DNA from: Desulfurococcales archaeon
GTDB taxonomy: Archaea > Thermoproteota > Thermoprotei_A > Sulfolobales > Acidilobaceae
Length of the DNA: 62,812 bases
Assembly: GCA_015523445.1 (NCBI GenBank)
Contig: WAKG01000085.1
Coordinates: forward strand, 1-62,812
Reading direction: 5' to 3'
Shown here: in pieces, positions 48,200 through 58,023 of the stretch
How positions within the stretch are numbered: the stretch's first letter is position 1
How the letters are laid out: each line of letters starts with the position of its first letter
Made by a program: the position numbers and the translations under genes
The notes under the pieces: model-generated
Told to the model about the DNA's origin: nothing
What the model saw: only the letters and a program-made list of their open reading frames with translations
The model's database searches: none

Positions 48200-51100
48200 T
48201 ACCTACCACCCCCAGCCCTCCTTATCTTAGCAATAAACGCCTTCGACTCCTGGATCGTTGTCTTAACATCCACCACGTCTGGAACCGCGAAGTTTGCTTG
48301 AGGCCCGGCCTTGCGACCGGCGAAGCTGAAGCTCCAGTGCATGCTTATGACGGGCACCTTCTTGCCGTCTACGTCTAGGTAGGCTATGCCACTAGTTACC
48401 CATGCCCTCATCCTGATCGTGCCCCTAGCCGTCTCTATCTCGACCCAGTCGCCACTCCTTACCCCGATCTTCTCTGCTAGCTCCCTGGGTATCTGCACGT
48501 AGGCGTCAGGCACCAACTCGAGTAGGTAGGGCACGTTCCTGGACATGGCGCCTGAGTGCCATGTCTCCGTCATCCTGTGGGTTGTGACAACTGTGAGCTC
48601 GCCCTCGACACCCTCGAGCGCCTTGGGGTCGAAGGCGACTCCAACGGGTTTGCCCTTCACGACATCGGGCTCCTCGTAGAGGACCTTAAGGTTGTGGGGG
48701 TGTAGCCACGCTATGGTGGGATACTCTAGCTGGAGGTCGAAGACTGGGGACTCCACTGGCTCGGTGTGGAGGGGCCACTGGAAGTTGTAGCCTGGGTACC
48801 AGCGGCCATGCTTCTCTATAACTCTCCTCACAGCCTCAGCCGTATCTCCTGTCTCCTGATAGAATCTCTTGAAGTCGTTCTTGAACTCCTGTAGCTTGGC
48901 CTTGGCCTCTCTGTAGGGTGACCCGGAGAAGAAGGGCCTCTTCACGCTGGCCTTAGCTATGCCCTGGACATCATCGTCTATATATAGGGTGTCGTTGGCC
49001 CATAGATACTTCATACCAGTCTTCCTTGCATACTCCTCGAATGTATATGACTTAACCGCGCCATCCTCCTCAACCACGAACCTGCCCTCGACCCTGGGCT
49101 CCCCGCTCCTCACGAACTCCACTAGGTCTATCCCGCCGAATAGGTCGGCGACGCCGCTAAGCCTCCTCTTGAACACCTTGGGTATGTAGAAGTTGTGGCC
49201 TGGAAGTGCGAATGGCCTGTACTCGCCCGTGTACTCATCTATTATCTCACCCGTCTCCCCGGTTACACGCCACTCTCTCCCTGCAGCTCTGACAGTCTCC
49301 TCCCTGCCTAGCACCGCCTTAAGGCTGTCTAGGTTGTACATTAGCCTAACGTTCATGGGCCAGCTCCAGCCCCAGTCCTTGTATATATTGAACTCGCTAC
49401 TGAACACCCCATCTATTTCCCCCGGCCTCCTCAGTCTATTGCTCCTCCTCATAGGCGTGAACTCGTCTCTGACAGGATCCCACATCCCCTGGTAGATGAG
49501 CATGTTGAAGTTGATCTCCCTAGCCATGATCCTGGGGTTCGCCTCCGCCTCCACCGGGCTCACGGGAGTAGCGGAGCCGGTGCCGCCGGTATAGTCCCAG
49601 CTCCTGTCTGGCTTGAGCCTCCTCTCCCATACCAGGACCTTCTCCCCCCTCTTCTCGAATATAACCCTCTCCCTCTCCACCCCGGCATACTCGCTGGGGA
49701 GCCTGATCACTCCGTACCTCCTAAGGTACTCGTATAGCTTGGTGTAGATCCAGTAGTCGGGTCTTGCCAGTCTACGGGGCTCCCTGGCCTTGTAGGTCCA
49801 CTGTATAACCCTGTTGCCATCAGTCATTGTACCCTCTCTCTCGAACCACGCTGCGGCTGGGAGGAGCACGTCGGCGAACCAGGCCGTCTCGGTCTCGAAT
49901 AGGTCTGCGACGACGAGCAGGTCTAGGCTTGCCAGCGCGGCGTATATAATCTTGGCGTTGGGATTGGTAACCGCTGGGTTCTCGCCGAATATGAAGGCGG
50001 CCCTGATCTCTCCTGCCAGTGCCCTGCGTGGCCACACCGTCTCGCTACTACCGCCACCCAATGGTATATCACTCACAACCACGCCATTCACGGGGTCATC
50101 CTCTGGTATGGTGCCCATGAATATGCCCCAAGTCAGCTCATGCCTCCTCCACCCATTGAAGATCCATGCCCTGAGGGCCTTTGCGAGGTCAGCCTCGCCC
50201 CTCAGCGGCTTCTTTATCGCGCTGAAGGGAGGCTTGTCCCTGGCCCACTCAGGGACCTCCCAGTTCCAGGCGTCTGGCATCCCCTGGAGCTTCCAGTCCT
50301 GGTAGACCCTGATCTCTAGGGGTGACTTGGGGACAGCTGGGTAGCCGGGCAGGCCTCCGGGGCCGAACTGTACATCGGTGACTCCCTGCACGTTGCTATG
50401 GCCCCTGAAGGGGTGAGTACCACCACCCGGGTACCCCACGTTGCCTAGGAGTAGCTGGACCACCGCGGCGGACCTGATTATGTTTACCGAGGCGTTGGTG
50501 TGCTGTGTCATGCCCATAGCCCACTGTATTATGCCGTGCCTCTTATGGCCGCTAACAACCCCGCTATTCTCTACGAACCACTCAGCCGCCTTCCTAAGCT
50601 TCTCCGCTGGCACTCCGGTTATCCTCGAGGCTGTGGCCGCGTCGTACTCCTTGATCACCTCTTTAAGGTCCTCAAGATCCTCTTTAGTTATGTTCCACCT
50701 TTCCATGAGCCTGGAGAACTCGGGCAGCTGGTCTATCGGCGGGCTCCTCTCGTAGAAGGCATAATAGAGCACGTACCACAGTATAGCCGTTTCCGTACCG
50801 CTCCTGAAGGGGAGCCATAGGTCTGCGTATGTGGCGGTTCTCGAGAACCTGGGGTCTGCCACGATGAACTTCCCGCCCTTCTCCTTGGCCTTGAGGAAGT
50901 AGTAGAAGGATAGGGGATGAGCCTCGGCAGGGTTGCTGAAGAAGAAGACTACACTGGCTAGGGCTACATCCTCTATGCTAGCAGTCTCCGCGCCCCACCC
51001 GTAGGTTGTGGCTAGGGCCGTGACGGTAGAGCTGTGGCATTTCCTGTACTGACTGTCGAAGTTGTTAGTGCCAAGGAAGGCGGCTATCTTGTTGCTCAGG

Positions 51101-51726
51101 TATCCTGCCTCATTAGTCATAACGGAGGAACCAATCATCTGGACCGGCGTCTCGGCTCCTCGGTAATAGTAGCCATCCTCGAAGGCGGGGGCGCCAGTAG
51201 AGGCCCTATAGTCGTCCATTATAGCCTTTATCCTCTCTGCGATGAACCTGAAAGCCTCATCCCACTCGACCTCTCTCCACTTGGGAGGATACCTCTTTAC
51301 AAGCTCCACCAGCTCGCCCCAGGACCTAGCCGAGAGTATCTCCTCAACAGGGGGCTTAGGGCCAGTCCTTATCCTGGGTTTAAGCACCCTCAGATCATTA
51401 TCGCCCAGCTGGTATGCTGCCTTACCCTTAGGGCAGAGCCTGCCTAGGTTTATATATGAATCCGTGGAGCCACGGGTATGTACAACCTGGTCACCCACGG
51501 TGTAAACGTCTATAGAACACCCCATAGAGCAGTAGGGGCATATAGAGGGGGTCACCTTGGCATTGACGATATCAGTCTTCCCACCAATCTCGCCGAGCCT
51601 CCACTCCCTCTTAACCCTCTTGAATGGGGGCAACGCCGCCCTGGCTATCCCAGCCGAGCCAGCGCCTAGTGCAATGGAGGCTAGTGCCCCCAGCTTGATG
51701 AATTCCCTTCTAGATACCTTGCCCAT
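48199..51726 (-). CDS. fdnG: Formate dehydrogenase alpha subunit (Mo/W-bisPGD, Tat-exported, Cys ligand)
   Basis: SRREFIK Tat motif, CPYCSMGC...LCPKG, RKCHSS, RGHSNVQG; ATG 51726 with SD GGAGGTGA. Confidence 0.92.
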   Translation of the reverse strand: MGKVSRREFIKLGALASIALGAGSAGIARAALPPFKRVKREWRLGEIGGKTDIVNAKVTPSICPYCSMGCSIDVYTVGDQVVHTRGSTDSYINLGRLCPKGKAAYQLGDNDLRVLKPRIRTGPKPPVEEILSARSWGELVELVKRYPPKWREVEWDEAFRFIAERIKAIMDDYRASTGAPAFEDGYYYRGAETPVQMIGSSVMTNEAGYLSNKIAAFLGTNNFDSQYRKCHSSTVTALATTYGWGAETASIEDVALASVVFFFSNPAEAHPLSFYYFLKAKEKGGKFIVADPRFSRTATYADLWLPFRSGTETAILWYVLYYAFYERSPPIDQLPEFSRLMERWNITKEDLEDLKEVIKEYDAATASRITGVPAEKLRKAAEWFVENSGVVSGHKRHGIIQWAMGMTQHTNASVNIIRSAAVVQLLLGNVGYPGGGTHPFRGHSNVQGVTDVQFGPGGLPGYPAVPKSPLEIRVYQDWKLQGMPDAWNWEVPEWARDKPPFSAIKKPLRGEADLAKALRAWIFNGWRRHELTWGIFMGTIPEDDPVNGVVVSDIPLGGGSSETVWPRRALAGEIRAAFIFGENPAVTNPNAKIIYAALASLDLLVVADLFETETAWFADVLLPAAAWFEREGTMTDGNRVIQWTYKAREPRRLARPDYWIYTKLYEYLRRYGVIRLPSEYAGVERERVIFEKRGEKVLVWERRLKPDRSWDYTGGTGSATPVSPVEAEANPRIMAREINFNMLIYQGMWDPVRDEFTPMRRSNRLRRPGEIDGVFSSEFNIYKDWGWSWPMNVRLMYNLDSLKAVLGREETVRAAGREWRVTGETGEIIDEYTGEYRPFALPGHNFYIPKVFKRRLSGVADLFGGIDLVEFVRSGEPRVEGRFVVEEDGAVKSYTFEEYARKTGMKYLWANDTLYIDDDVQGIAKASVKRPFFSGSPYREAKAKLQEFKNDFKRFYQETGDTAEAVRRVIEKHGRWYPGYNFQWPLHTEPVESPVFDLQLEYPTIAWLHPHNLKVLYEEPDVVKGKPVGVAFDPKALEGVEGELTVVTTHRMTETWHSGAMSRNVPYLLELVPDAYVQIPRELAEKIGVRSGDWVEIETARGTIRMRAWVTSGIAYLDVDGKKVPVISMHWSFSFAGRKAGPQANFAVPDVVDVKTTIQESKAFIAKIRRAGGGR

Positions 51727-51731
51727 ATACC

Positions 51732-51938
51732 TCACCTCCGGAAGATGCTCCCGGAGCCGTATCTCTTGTCCCTCCTACCCTTGATCCTCTTCGCCGTGAA
51801 GCAGGTCACATCCTCTCCGCCATCCAGGATGGAGTATAGCCCATCGACTGCATCAGCTCCCAGCTCAGCCTCGAGGAGTTCTATATCCTGGGTAACCTTA
51901 TCGGCCTGAGGGGGAGGCCTGGACCTAGGATTAGTCAT
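51732..51938 (-). CDS. Small hypothetical protein, first gene of the fdh operon
   Basis: 68 aa, SD AGGTGG, stop overlaps the fdh alpha SD. Confidence 0.6.
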   Translation of the reverse strand: MTNPRSRPPPQADKVTQDIELLEAELGADAVDGLYSILDGGEDVTCFTAKRIKGRRDKRYGSGSIFRR

Positions 51939-52144
51939 GGGGCCCACCTGCCAGGAGTCTTAATTGTATGATAAACAATACAGAGTTTATATCTAAATTT
52001 ATAAGGGTTTCACTGTTAAATACCGTGTTTAAATAAAACCATACATATAATAATATAAGAATAAACCGCCGAGTCAAGAGAAGCGGGTATAATACCCCGC
52101 GCACCACATCCATCCCTAGGGCATGCGGGGGGTGTTATATTCCC

Positions 52145-53998
52145 ATGGCATGGGTGAACGGTAAGGTCCTACACATAAACCTTACAGGAGAGGACCTAGA
52201 GGCTAGTGCTAGCGAGCTAAGCATAGAAACACTGAGAATACTCGGAGGAGGCAGGGGGCTAGCAGCCCTCCTATACTCCTGGAGCGTGGAGGAGCCTCCA
52301 GAACCCCTCTCACCCCACAACCCCCTAGTAATCGCTCCAGGCCTACTACTAGGATCCAAGCTCACGACAGCCTCGAAGACTGTGGTCATGGCCAGGAGCC
52401 CCAAGACTGGATTCCTTGGGAGGAGTAGTGTGGGGGCCCGCATGGGGCTTGAGATCAGGAGGGCTGGATATGATGCAGTAGTAATCAAGGGCAGGGCCAG
52501 CAGCCCCTCAGTACTACTGATAGACTGTGACGGGGCCCGCATCGAGCCAGCCCAGGACCTGTGGGGCCTCAAGGTGGGTGAGGCCAGGGCCAGGCTATCC
52601 AAGATGTACCCTGGCTACGCCGACGCTATAATAGGCCCGGCAGGGGAGAGGCTCTCGGCCATGGCTACCATAGACGCCAACGGCAGGCAGGCTGGAAGGA
52701 CTGGTACGGGGGCAGTTATGGGGTCTAAGGGGTTGAAGGCAATAATGGTTAAGGGATGTAAGGACCCTGCTCCAAGCGATCCAGGCGAGGCTAGGAGGCT
52801 CGCGCTTGAACTTACAAGGCTAACCCATAAGCACCCGTCGAGCAAGAACCTGATAGAGTATGGAACACCCCTCATGATGGAGCTGACTAACAAGGTGCAC
52901 GGCGTCTTCCCAAGCCTTAACTGGAGGAGATCCACGATCTCATGGTGCCCCGACCCTGAGAGGAGGCACGAGGAGCTGTCCAGGTTCGCCCCGAAGATGA
53001 GAGTGGCCAGGAACCCCTGCACCGGGTGCTGGAGGGTCTGCAGCCAAGTGGTCAAGGCCAGAGGCGTGGAGACCGATGGGCCAGAGTATGAGAGCCTCTA
53101 CTCCCTAGGTCCTATAGTAGGTCTGTGCGATATAGAGGAGGTGGCCTACCTAAACTATCTAGCCGATGAGCTCGGGCTAGACACGATCAGCCTGGGACTG
53201 ACGATAGCCTGGGCAATAGAGGCCGGAGAGAGGGGCATACTCAAGAATGCCCCTAGCTGGGGCGAGTTTGAGGCTATAGCGAGGCTGGTGGAGGATATAG
53301 CCTATAGGAGGGGCCTCGGCGACCTACTAGCTGACGGTGTAAATAAGGCGGTGGAGAAGATTGGTGCGGGGGATGAATTCGCCATCCACTCCAAGGGCCT
53401 CGAGCTGCCTGCATACGATGCCAGGGGCCTTAAGGGGATGGCGGTCGGCTACGCTGTCTCCAGCAGGGGCGGAGACCACTTGACTAGCGGCATGTATGCT
53501 CTCGAGCTTACTGGGAAGCTGTGGAAGTTTGAGGGGGTGAACAGGCTTAGCTACGAGGGTAAGGGGATCATGGTGAAGGCTATGGAGGACCTTATGGCTT
53601 ACTTCGACTCCATGGGTATATGCAAGTTCAGCAGGTACACTCTCACCCCGGAGAACGTGGCGCCCCTGGTCAGGGCGCTCACGGGCTGGGATGTAACCCC
53701 TGGGGACCTGGTCAGGATGGGTGAGAGGGCGGTGAACCTGGAGAGGCTCCTGAACATATCCATGGGCCTTAAACACAGGGACGACTGGCTGCCCAAGAGA
53801 CTCCTAGAGGAGCCCATACCAGACGGCCCCAGCCAGGGAGAGCTTGTGGACGGTGAGAAGCTGAGGAGGGAGATACAGGCCTACTACCAGGCCCGCGGCT
53901 GGAGCCCTGAGGGGAGGCCCTACAGGGCCCAGCTCCATATACTAGACCTAGAGCGCCTCCTGCCCGAGTGGCTCCTCAAGCACTCTGAGTCAGGGTAG
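52145..53998 (+). CDS. aor: Tungsten aldehyde:ferredoxin oxidoreductase
   Basis: GGGRGL, SPKTG, AGRTGTGAVMGSKGLKA, CTGC...C, GPEYE, DELGLDTIS, YDAR. Confidence 0.95.
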   Translation: MAWVNGKVLHINLTGEDLEASASELSIETLRILGGGRGLAALLYSWSVEEPPEPLSPHNPLVIAPGLLLGSKLTTASKTVVMARSPKTGFLGRSSVGARMGLEIRRAGYDAVVIKGRASSPSVLLIDCDGARIEPAQDLWGLKVGEARARLSKMYPGYADAIIGPAGERLSAMATIDANGRQAGRTGTGAVMGSKGLKAIMVKGCKDPAPSDPGEARRLALELTRLTHKHPSSKNLIEYGTPLMMELTNKVHGVFPSLNWRRSTISWCPDPERRHEELSRFAPKMRVARNPCTGCWRVCSQVVKARGVETDGPEYESLYSLGPIVGLCDIEEVAYLNYLADELGLDTISLGLTIAWAIEAGERGILKNAPSWGEFEAIARLVEDIAYRRGLGDLLADGVNKAVEKIGAGDEFAIHSKGLELPAYDARGLKGMAVGYAVSSRGGDHLTSGMYALELTGKLWKFEGVNRLSYEGKGIMVKAMEDLMAYFDSMGICKFSRYTLTPENVAPLVRALTGWDVTPGDLVRMGERAVNLERLLNISMGLKHRDDWLPKRLLEEPIPDGPSQGELVDGEKLRREIQAYYQARGWSPEGRPYRAQLHILDLERLLPEWLLKHSESG

Positions 53999-54045
53999 GA
54001 GATAAAGGCCCGGCCCCGGTGCATATCAGCATGGTGCACAGGCTA

Positions 54046-55326
54046 ATGCCCTACGACTACGTGGTCCTGGGAGCCGGGATCGTCGGCTTAGCTACTGCGT
54101 ATCACCTCAAGAGGCTCAATCCCCGGGCTAGCGTGCTACTTGTGGATAAGGGACACGGGCCCGGCGCGGGGGATACGGGGAAGAGTGCCGCCGCCTTCAG
54201 GGCATTCTTCACTAGCAGGATAAACATGAGCCTGGCAAAGACTAGTATAGAGTTCTACAGGAGCGTCCAGGAGGAGGGATTCGACCTTGGTATGAGGTTC
54301 GTGGGTTACCTATTCCTCCTCGATAAGAAGCTGAAGAGGGCTGCGAGGAAGGGGCTGGAGGAGGCTAAGAGGCTGGGTCTTGGCTATGAGGTACTAGACC
54401 CGGGCACTCTAGAGGAGAGGCTGGGCATTAGGACTAGGGTGGAGGAACTAGAGGAGGCCGAGCTAATAGGTGCTGGAGACGTGGAGGAGGGGATCCTAGT
54501 TAGGGAGGCTGGTATAATAGCGGCTGAGAAGCTAGTGGAGTACTACTATACTAGGATAACCTCGATGGGTGTAGAGACGAGCTTCAACACGCTAGTCACA
54601 GGCTTCGAGATCAAGCCTAGGAGGCCTCTAGGCGTGGAGGGCGAGCCATTCCCATGGCAGGACTCGAGGATATCAGGGGTTGAGACTAGCAGGGGCATGA
54701 TACATGCTAGGAGGAAGGTGATAGCCTCCTTGGGGGCATGGTCCAGCAAGGTCCTTAACCCGGTAGGCGTGGACTCATACACGAGGCCTAAGAAGAGGCA
54801 GGTGTTCAGCGTTAGGGCTGAGGGTTCCCTTGCTAAGACCCTTCACGCTAGGGGCTTGAACAAGTATAACCTGAGCCCTATGCTGATATTCCCACGCAAG
54901 GCCTTCGCTAGGCCGGAGCCGGGAGAGGGTGCATTCTGGGTTGGCATAAGCGACCATCTTGGGAGGCCCTTCACACTAGATGAGGACCCGGCGCCGGAGG
55001 AGCAGTTCTACAACCTGGGGGTTCTCCCGGTCCTGAGCCTATATCACCCCGGCTTCGAAGGGGCAGTGCCCCACTCATCCTGGGCTGGTAACTATGATAT
55101 AAGCTTCGACGGCGCCCCGATAATCTATGAGCCCTACGGGAGCGACCTGATAGTTAGTGCTGGTACCAGTGGTAGCGGGATTATGAAGGCCGACGCCATA
55201 GGCAGGATCACGGCCTCGCTAGCGCTAGGCCTAGAGGAGGCGGAGCTGTACGGGGGAGAGAGTATTAGGGTTGAGAGGCTAGGCCTGGAGAGGAGGATGA
55301 TTGAGCCTGAGGAGCTAGTGATATAG
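54046..55326 (+). CDS. Dye-linked L-proline dehydrogenase (Aeropyrum type, DAO family)
   Basis: GAGIVG FAD motif, SAAAFRAFF, EPFPWQ, GTSGSGIMK; closely resembles the A. pernix enzyme as recalled. Confidence 0.85.
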   Translation: MPYDYVVLGAGIVGLATAYHLKRLNPRASVLLVDKGHGPGAGDTGKSAAAFRAFFTSRINMSLAKTSIEFYRSVQEEGFDLGMRFVGYLFLLDKKLKRAARKGLEEAKRLGLGYEVLDPGTLEERLGIRTRVEELEEAELIGAGDVEEGILVREAGIIAAEKLVEYYYTRITSMGVETSFNTLVTGFEIKPRRPLGVEGEPFPWQDSRISGVETSRGMIHARRKVIASLGAWSSKVLNPVGVDSYTRPKKRQVFSVRAEGSLAKTLHARGLNKYNLSPMLIFPRKAFARPEPGEGAFWVGISDHLGRPFTLDEDPAPEEQFYNLGVLPVLSLYHPGFEGAVPHSSWAGNYDISFDGAPIIYEPYGSDLIVSAGTSGSGIMKADAIGRITASLALGLEEAELYGGESIRVERLGLERRMIEPEELVI

Positions 55327-55338
55327 CCAGGGGTCGGC

Positions 55339-55414
55339 CAAGGCTAAACACCTCATAGAGCATCCCTCGGCTCCGCCTGGGGACCTCATCCCCCAGCACT
55401 TCACTCCTGCCTTG
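55339..55414 (-). ncRNA. Candidate structured K-turn/K-loop small RNA
   Basis: Closing stem CAAGGC/GCCUUG, inner CUGGGG-GAUGAGGU-CCCCAG, several GA elements; minus-strand TATA-like CTTAAA at 55447-55442. Confidence 0.45.
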
Positions 55415-55503
55415 AGGATATTATGGCTGCAACTCCAGGGGTTTAAGGTATAGATCCTAGGGGCATGTATCGTTTAAACCCCCTAACGCTACTATGAGCA
55501 TAG

Positions 55504-56655
55504 GTGCCTCCTAGCATGGTGGACCTGGATAGCCTCCAGGTTATAAGGAATAGTGTGGAGGAGTTCGCCTCAGAGCTGGAGCCCTACGCCCAACTCATAG
55601 ACAGGGAGAACCGGGTGCCAGAGGATGTGCTGGCAAGGATAGCTGACATGGGCTACTTCGCCCTCAGAGTGCCGGAGGAGTATGGGGGCCCCGGCCTCAG
55701 CCTCCTCGAGAGCGTGGTGGTTGTAGAGGAGCTGGCCAGGGTTAGCAGCGCTATAGCTATAATGGCCACAGTGAGCGGGAGCATGGTCCCGTACCCCCTG
55801 GTCCACTACGCCAGCGAGGAGCTAAAGAAGGAGTACCTGGGCAGGCTGGCCGAGGGTAAGCTAGGTGCCTTCGCCCTAACAGAGCCCTGCTGCGGGAGCG
55901 ATGCTGCGGCGCTGATGACCAGGGCCACGCCGGAGGGCGGAGAGTATGTTGTAGATGGGGAGAAGGTCTTCATAACCAACGCTCCCTACGCCGACTTCTT
56001 CATAGTAGCCGCTAGGACTGGGAGACCTGAGGATAGGCACAGGGGTATATCGCTCCTCGTGGTTGATAATGGGCCTTGCGTCGAGGTGTCTAAGCTTGAG
56101 ATGATGGGTTATAGGGGTAGTGGGACGAGCCTGGTTAGGTTCAATGAGTGCAGGGTGCCCAGGGAGAATATGATAGGAGAGCCTAACACCGGTTTCAAGA
56201 AGGTGATGATGACGCTGAATGAGGGTAGGATCACCACGTCGGCCACTGGCCTGGGCATAATGCAGGCCGCCTTTGACGATGCGTTTGAGTATGCGAGGCA
56301 GAGGGAGAGCATGGGGAAGCCCCTGGTGGAGCACCAGATGGTGCAGTATATGCTGGCGGAGATGAAGGTCCTGCTAGAGACGTCCAGGCTCCTCGTATAT
56401 ACAGCGGCTGAGAAGCTGGACGAGGGATCTGAGGACCTACCCCTATACTCGAGCATGGCTAAGCTCCACACGGCAAAGGCGGGGGTGGACTTGGTTAGGA
56501 TGGCCATGCAGATACTGGGCGGCACCGGCTATAGTAAGGATAGCAGGGTGGAGAGGCTCTACAGGGATATAAAGATGATCGAGATCGGCGATGGTACCAA
56601 CGAGGTTCAGAGGATGGTTATTGTTAAGAGTCTGCTGGGCAAGATAAGAGTCTAG
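55504..56655 (+). CDS. Acyl-CoA dehydrogenase
   Basis: FALTEPCCGSD, GEKVFITN, MGYRGS, QILGGTGY, ERLYRD. Confidence 0.95.
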   Translation: MPPSMVDLDSLQVIRNSVEEFASELEPYAQLIDRENRVPEDVLARIADMGYFALRVPEEYGGPGLSLLESVVVVEELARVSSAIAIMATVSGSMVPYPLVHYASEELKKEYLGRLAEGKLGAFALTEPCCGSDAAALMTRATPEGGEYVVDGEKVFITNAPYADFFIVAARTGRPEDRHRGISLLVVDNGPCVEVSKLEMMGYRGSGTSLVRFNECRVPRENMIGEPNTGFKKVMMTLNEGRITTSATGLGIMQAAFDDAFEYARQRESMGKPLVEHQMVQYMLAEMKVLLETSRLLVYTAAEKLDEGSEDLPLYSSMAKLHTAKAGVDLVRMAMQILGGTGYSKDSRVERLYRDIKMIEIGDGTNEVQRMVIVKSLLGKIRV

Positions 56656-56742
56656 CTGTGTACAAGCGTTCCCCGCCTAGGCCATATTCATATCCTTTAT
56701 ACACCTAGAGCTGCATGGATGTAGGGAAATATTTATAAGTGC

Positions 56743-56790
56743 TGGGACGCACGTTTAAGGGATCAGCTTTAAACGTAAAGAGAGGTCCCA
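56743..56790. promoter_or_regulatory. Nested inverted repeat upstream of the 2-oxoacid dehydrogenase operon
   Basis: ACGTTTAA-N10-TTAAACGT (56751-56776) inside TGGGAC/GTCCCA. Confidence 0.4.
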
Positions 56791-56877
56791 CAACTTTTAA
56801 TAGAACCCTATATATTTTAATGGGTGAAGCAAGCTATTATAACCCATATTTACATATACTGACAAGGTGCCCGATCC

Positions 56878-58014
56878 GTGGAGGTCCTAGGGAGGAGAGA
56901 CATCCTTAACATAGATAGGGCTCTAGGCCTATATAGGGTCCTGGACGAGGACGGGAACCCCGTAGCAGGGGAACCCAGCCTCCCAGACAAGCTCCTACTT
57001 GACATGTATACATACATGGTAAGGGCTAGGATACTAGACGGGTGGCTCCTTAAACTCCAGAGGATGGGCAGGGTAGCGCTTCACGCACCCAACAAGGGGC
57101 AGGAGGCTGCGGCGGTAGGGGCAACACTAGCCCTCAAGAGGGAGGACTGGCTCTTCCCCAGCTACAGGGAGCTGGGCGCCCTCCTCGTCAGGGGCATGAC
57201 CGAAGAGGAGATACTCGACAGGGCCCTAACCACAATAGACGATCCACTGAAGGGCAGCGACTTCGCGATCTATGGCCACAGGAAGTACAATATAGTCCCA
57301 GCACCGGTGCCAGTGGCAAACCAGATCCCCCACGCAGTGGGGGCTGCGCTGGCTGCGAAAATCATGGGGGACAAGATCGTCACCATGACATTCTTCGGGG
57401 ACGGATCCACAAGCAGGGGCGACTTCCACACAGGCCTAAACTTCGCAGGCGTCTTCAAGGCACCCGTAGTCTTCGTGAACCAGAACAACCAGTGGGCAAT
57501 ATCAGTGCCCCTCAAGAGGCAGACAGCCTCACCAACAATAGCAATCAAGGGAGTAGCCTACGGTGTCCCAGGAATCAGGGTGGATGGAAACGATGTGATA
57601 GCAGTATACACAGTGGCAATGGAGGCGGTGGAGAGGGCCAGAAGCGGCGAGGGACCCACACTAATAGAGGCAGTAACCTACAGGCTAGGCCCCCACACCA
57701 CTGCCGACGACCCCACAAGGTACAGGGTGGAGGAGGAGGTCAGGGAGTGGGAGAGAAAGGAGCCCCTCAGGAGGATGAGGAGATACCTCATCTCCCGGGG
57801 GCTACTGACCGAGGAGGAGGATAAGGCGCTGTGGAGCGAGTGGGAGAAGAGGATAGAGGAGACAGTGGTCAAGGTGCTCGAGAAGCCGCCGTTACCACCC
57901 GAAGTCGTTCTGGAGGACGTTTACGAGGAGCCACCGTGGAACCTGAGGGAGCAGATGAGGGAGCTGAGGGATAGCATTAGGCTGCTCAAGGAGCTCGGCG
58001 TCGAGCTAGAGTAG
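56878..58014 (+). CDS. pdhA: 2-oxoacid dehydrogenase E1 alpha
   Basis: GQEA, PSYRE, TPP motif GDG...NNQWAIS, TYRLGPHTTADDP. Confidence 0.95.
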   Translation: MEVLGRRDILNIDRALGLYRVLDEDGNPVAGEPSLPDKLLLDMYTYMVRARILDGWLLKLQRMGRVALHAPNKGQEAAAVGATLALKREDWLFPSYRELGALLVRGMTEEEILDRALTTIDDPLKGSDFAIYGHRKYNIVPAPVPVANQIPHAVGAALAAKIMGDKIVTMTFFGDGSTSRGDFHTGLNFAGVFKAPVVFVNQNNQWAISVPLKRQTASPTIAIKGVAYGVPGIRVDGNDVIAVYTVAMEAVERARSGEGPTLIEAVTYRLGPHTTADDPTRYRVEEEVREWERKEPLRRMRRYLISRGLLTEEEDKALWSEWEKRIEETVVKVLEKPPLPPEVVLEDVYEEPPWNLREQMRELRDSIRLLKELGVELE

Positions 58015-58023
58015 CCCCTAGGG

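Noticed and set aside
48199..51726. Selenocysteine in Fdh alpha
   Set aside because: The ligand is an ordinary Cys codon in an uninterrupted ORF.
56743..56793. H/ACA sRNA (stem followed by ACA)
   Set aside because: AU-rich upper stem, no K-turn and no recognisable target; kept only as a DNA inverted repeat.
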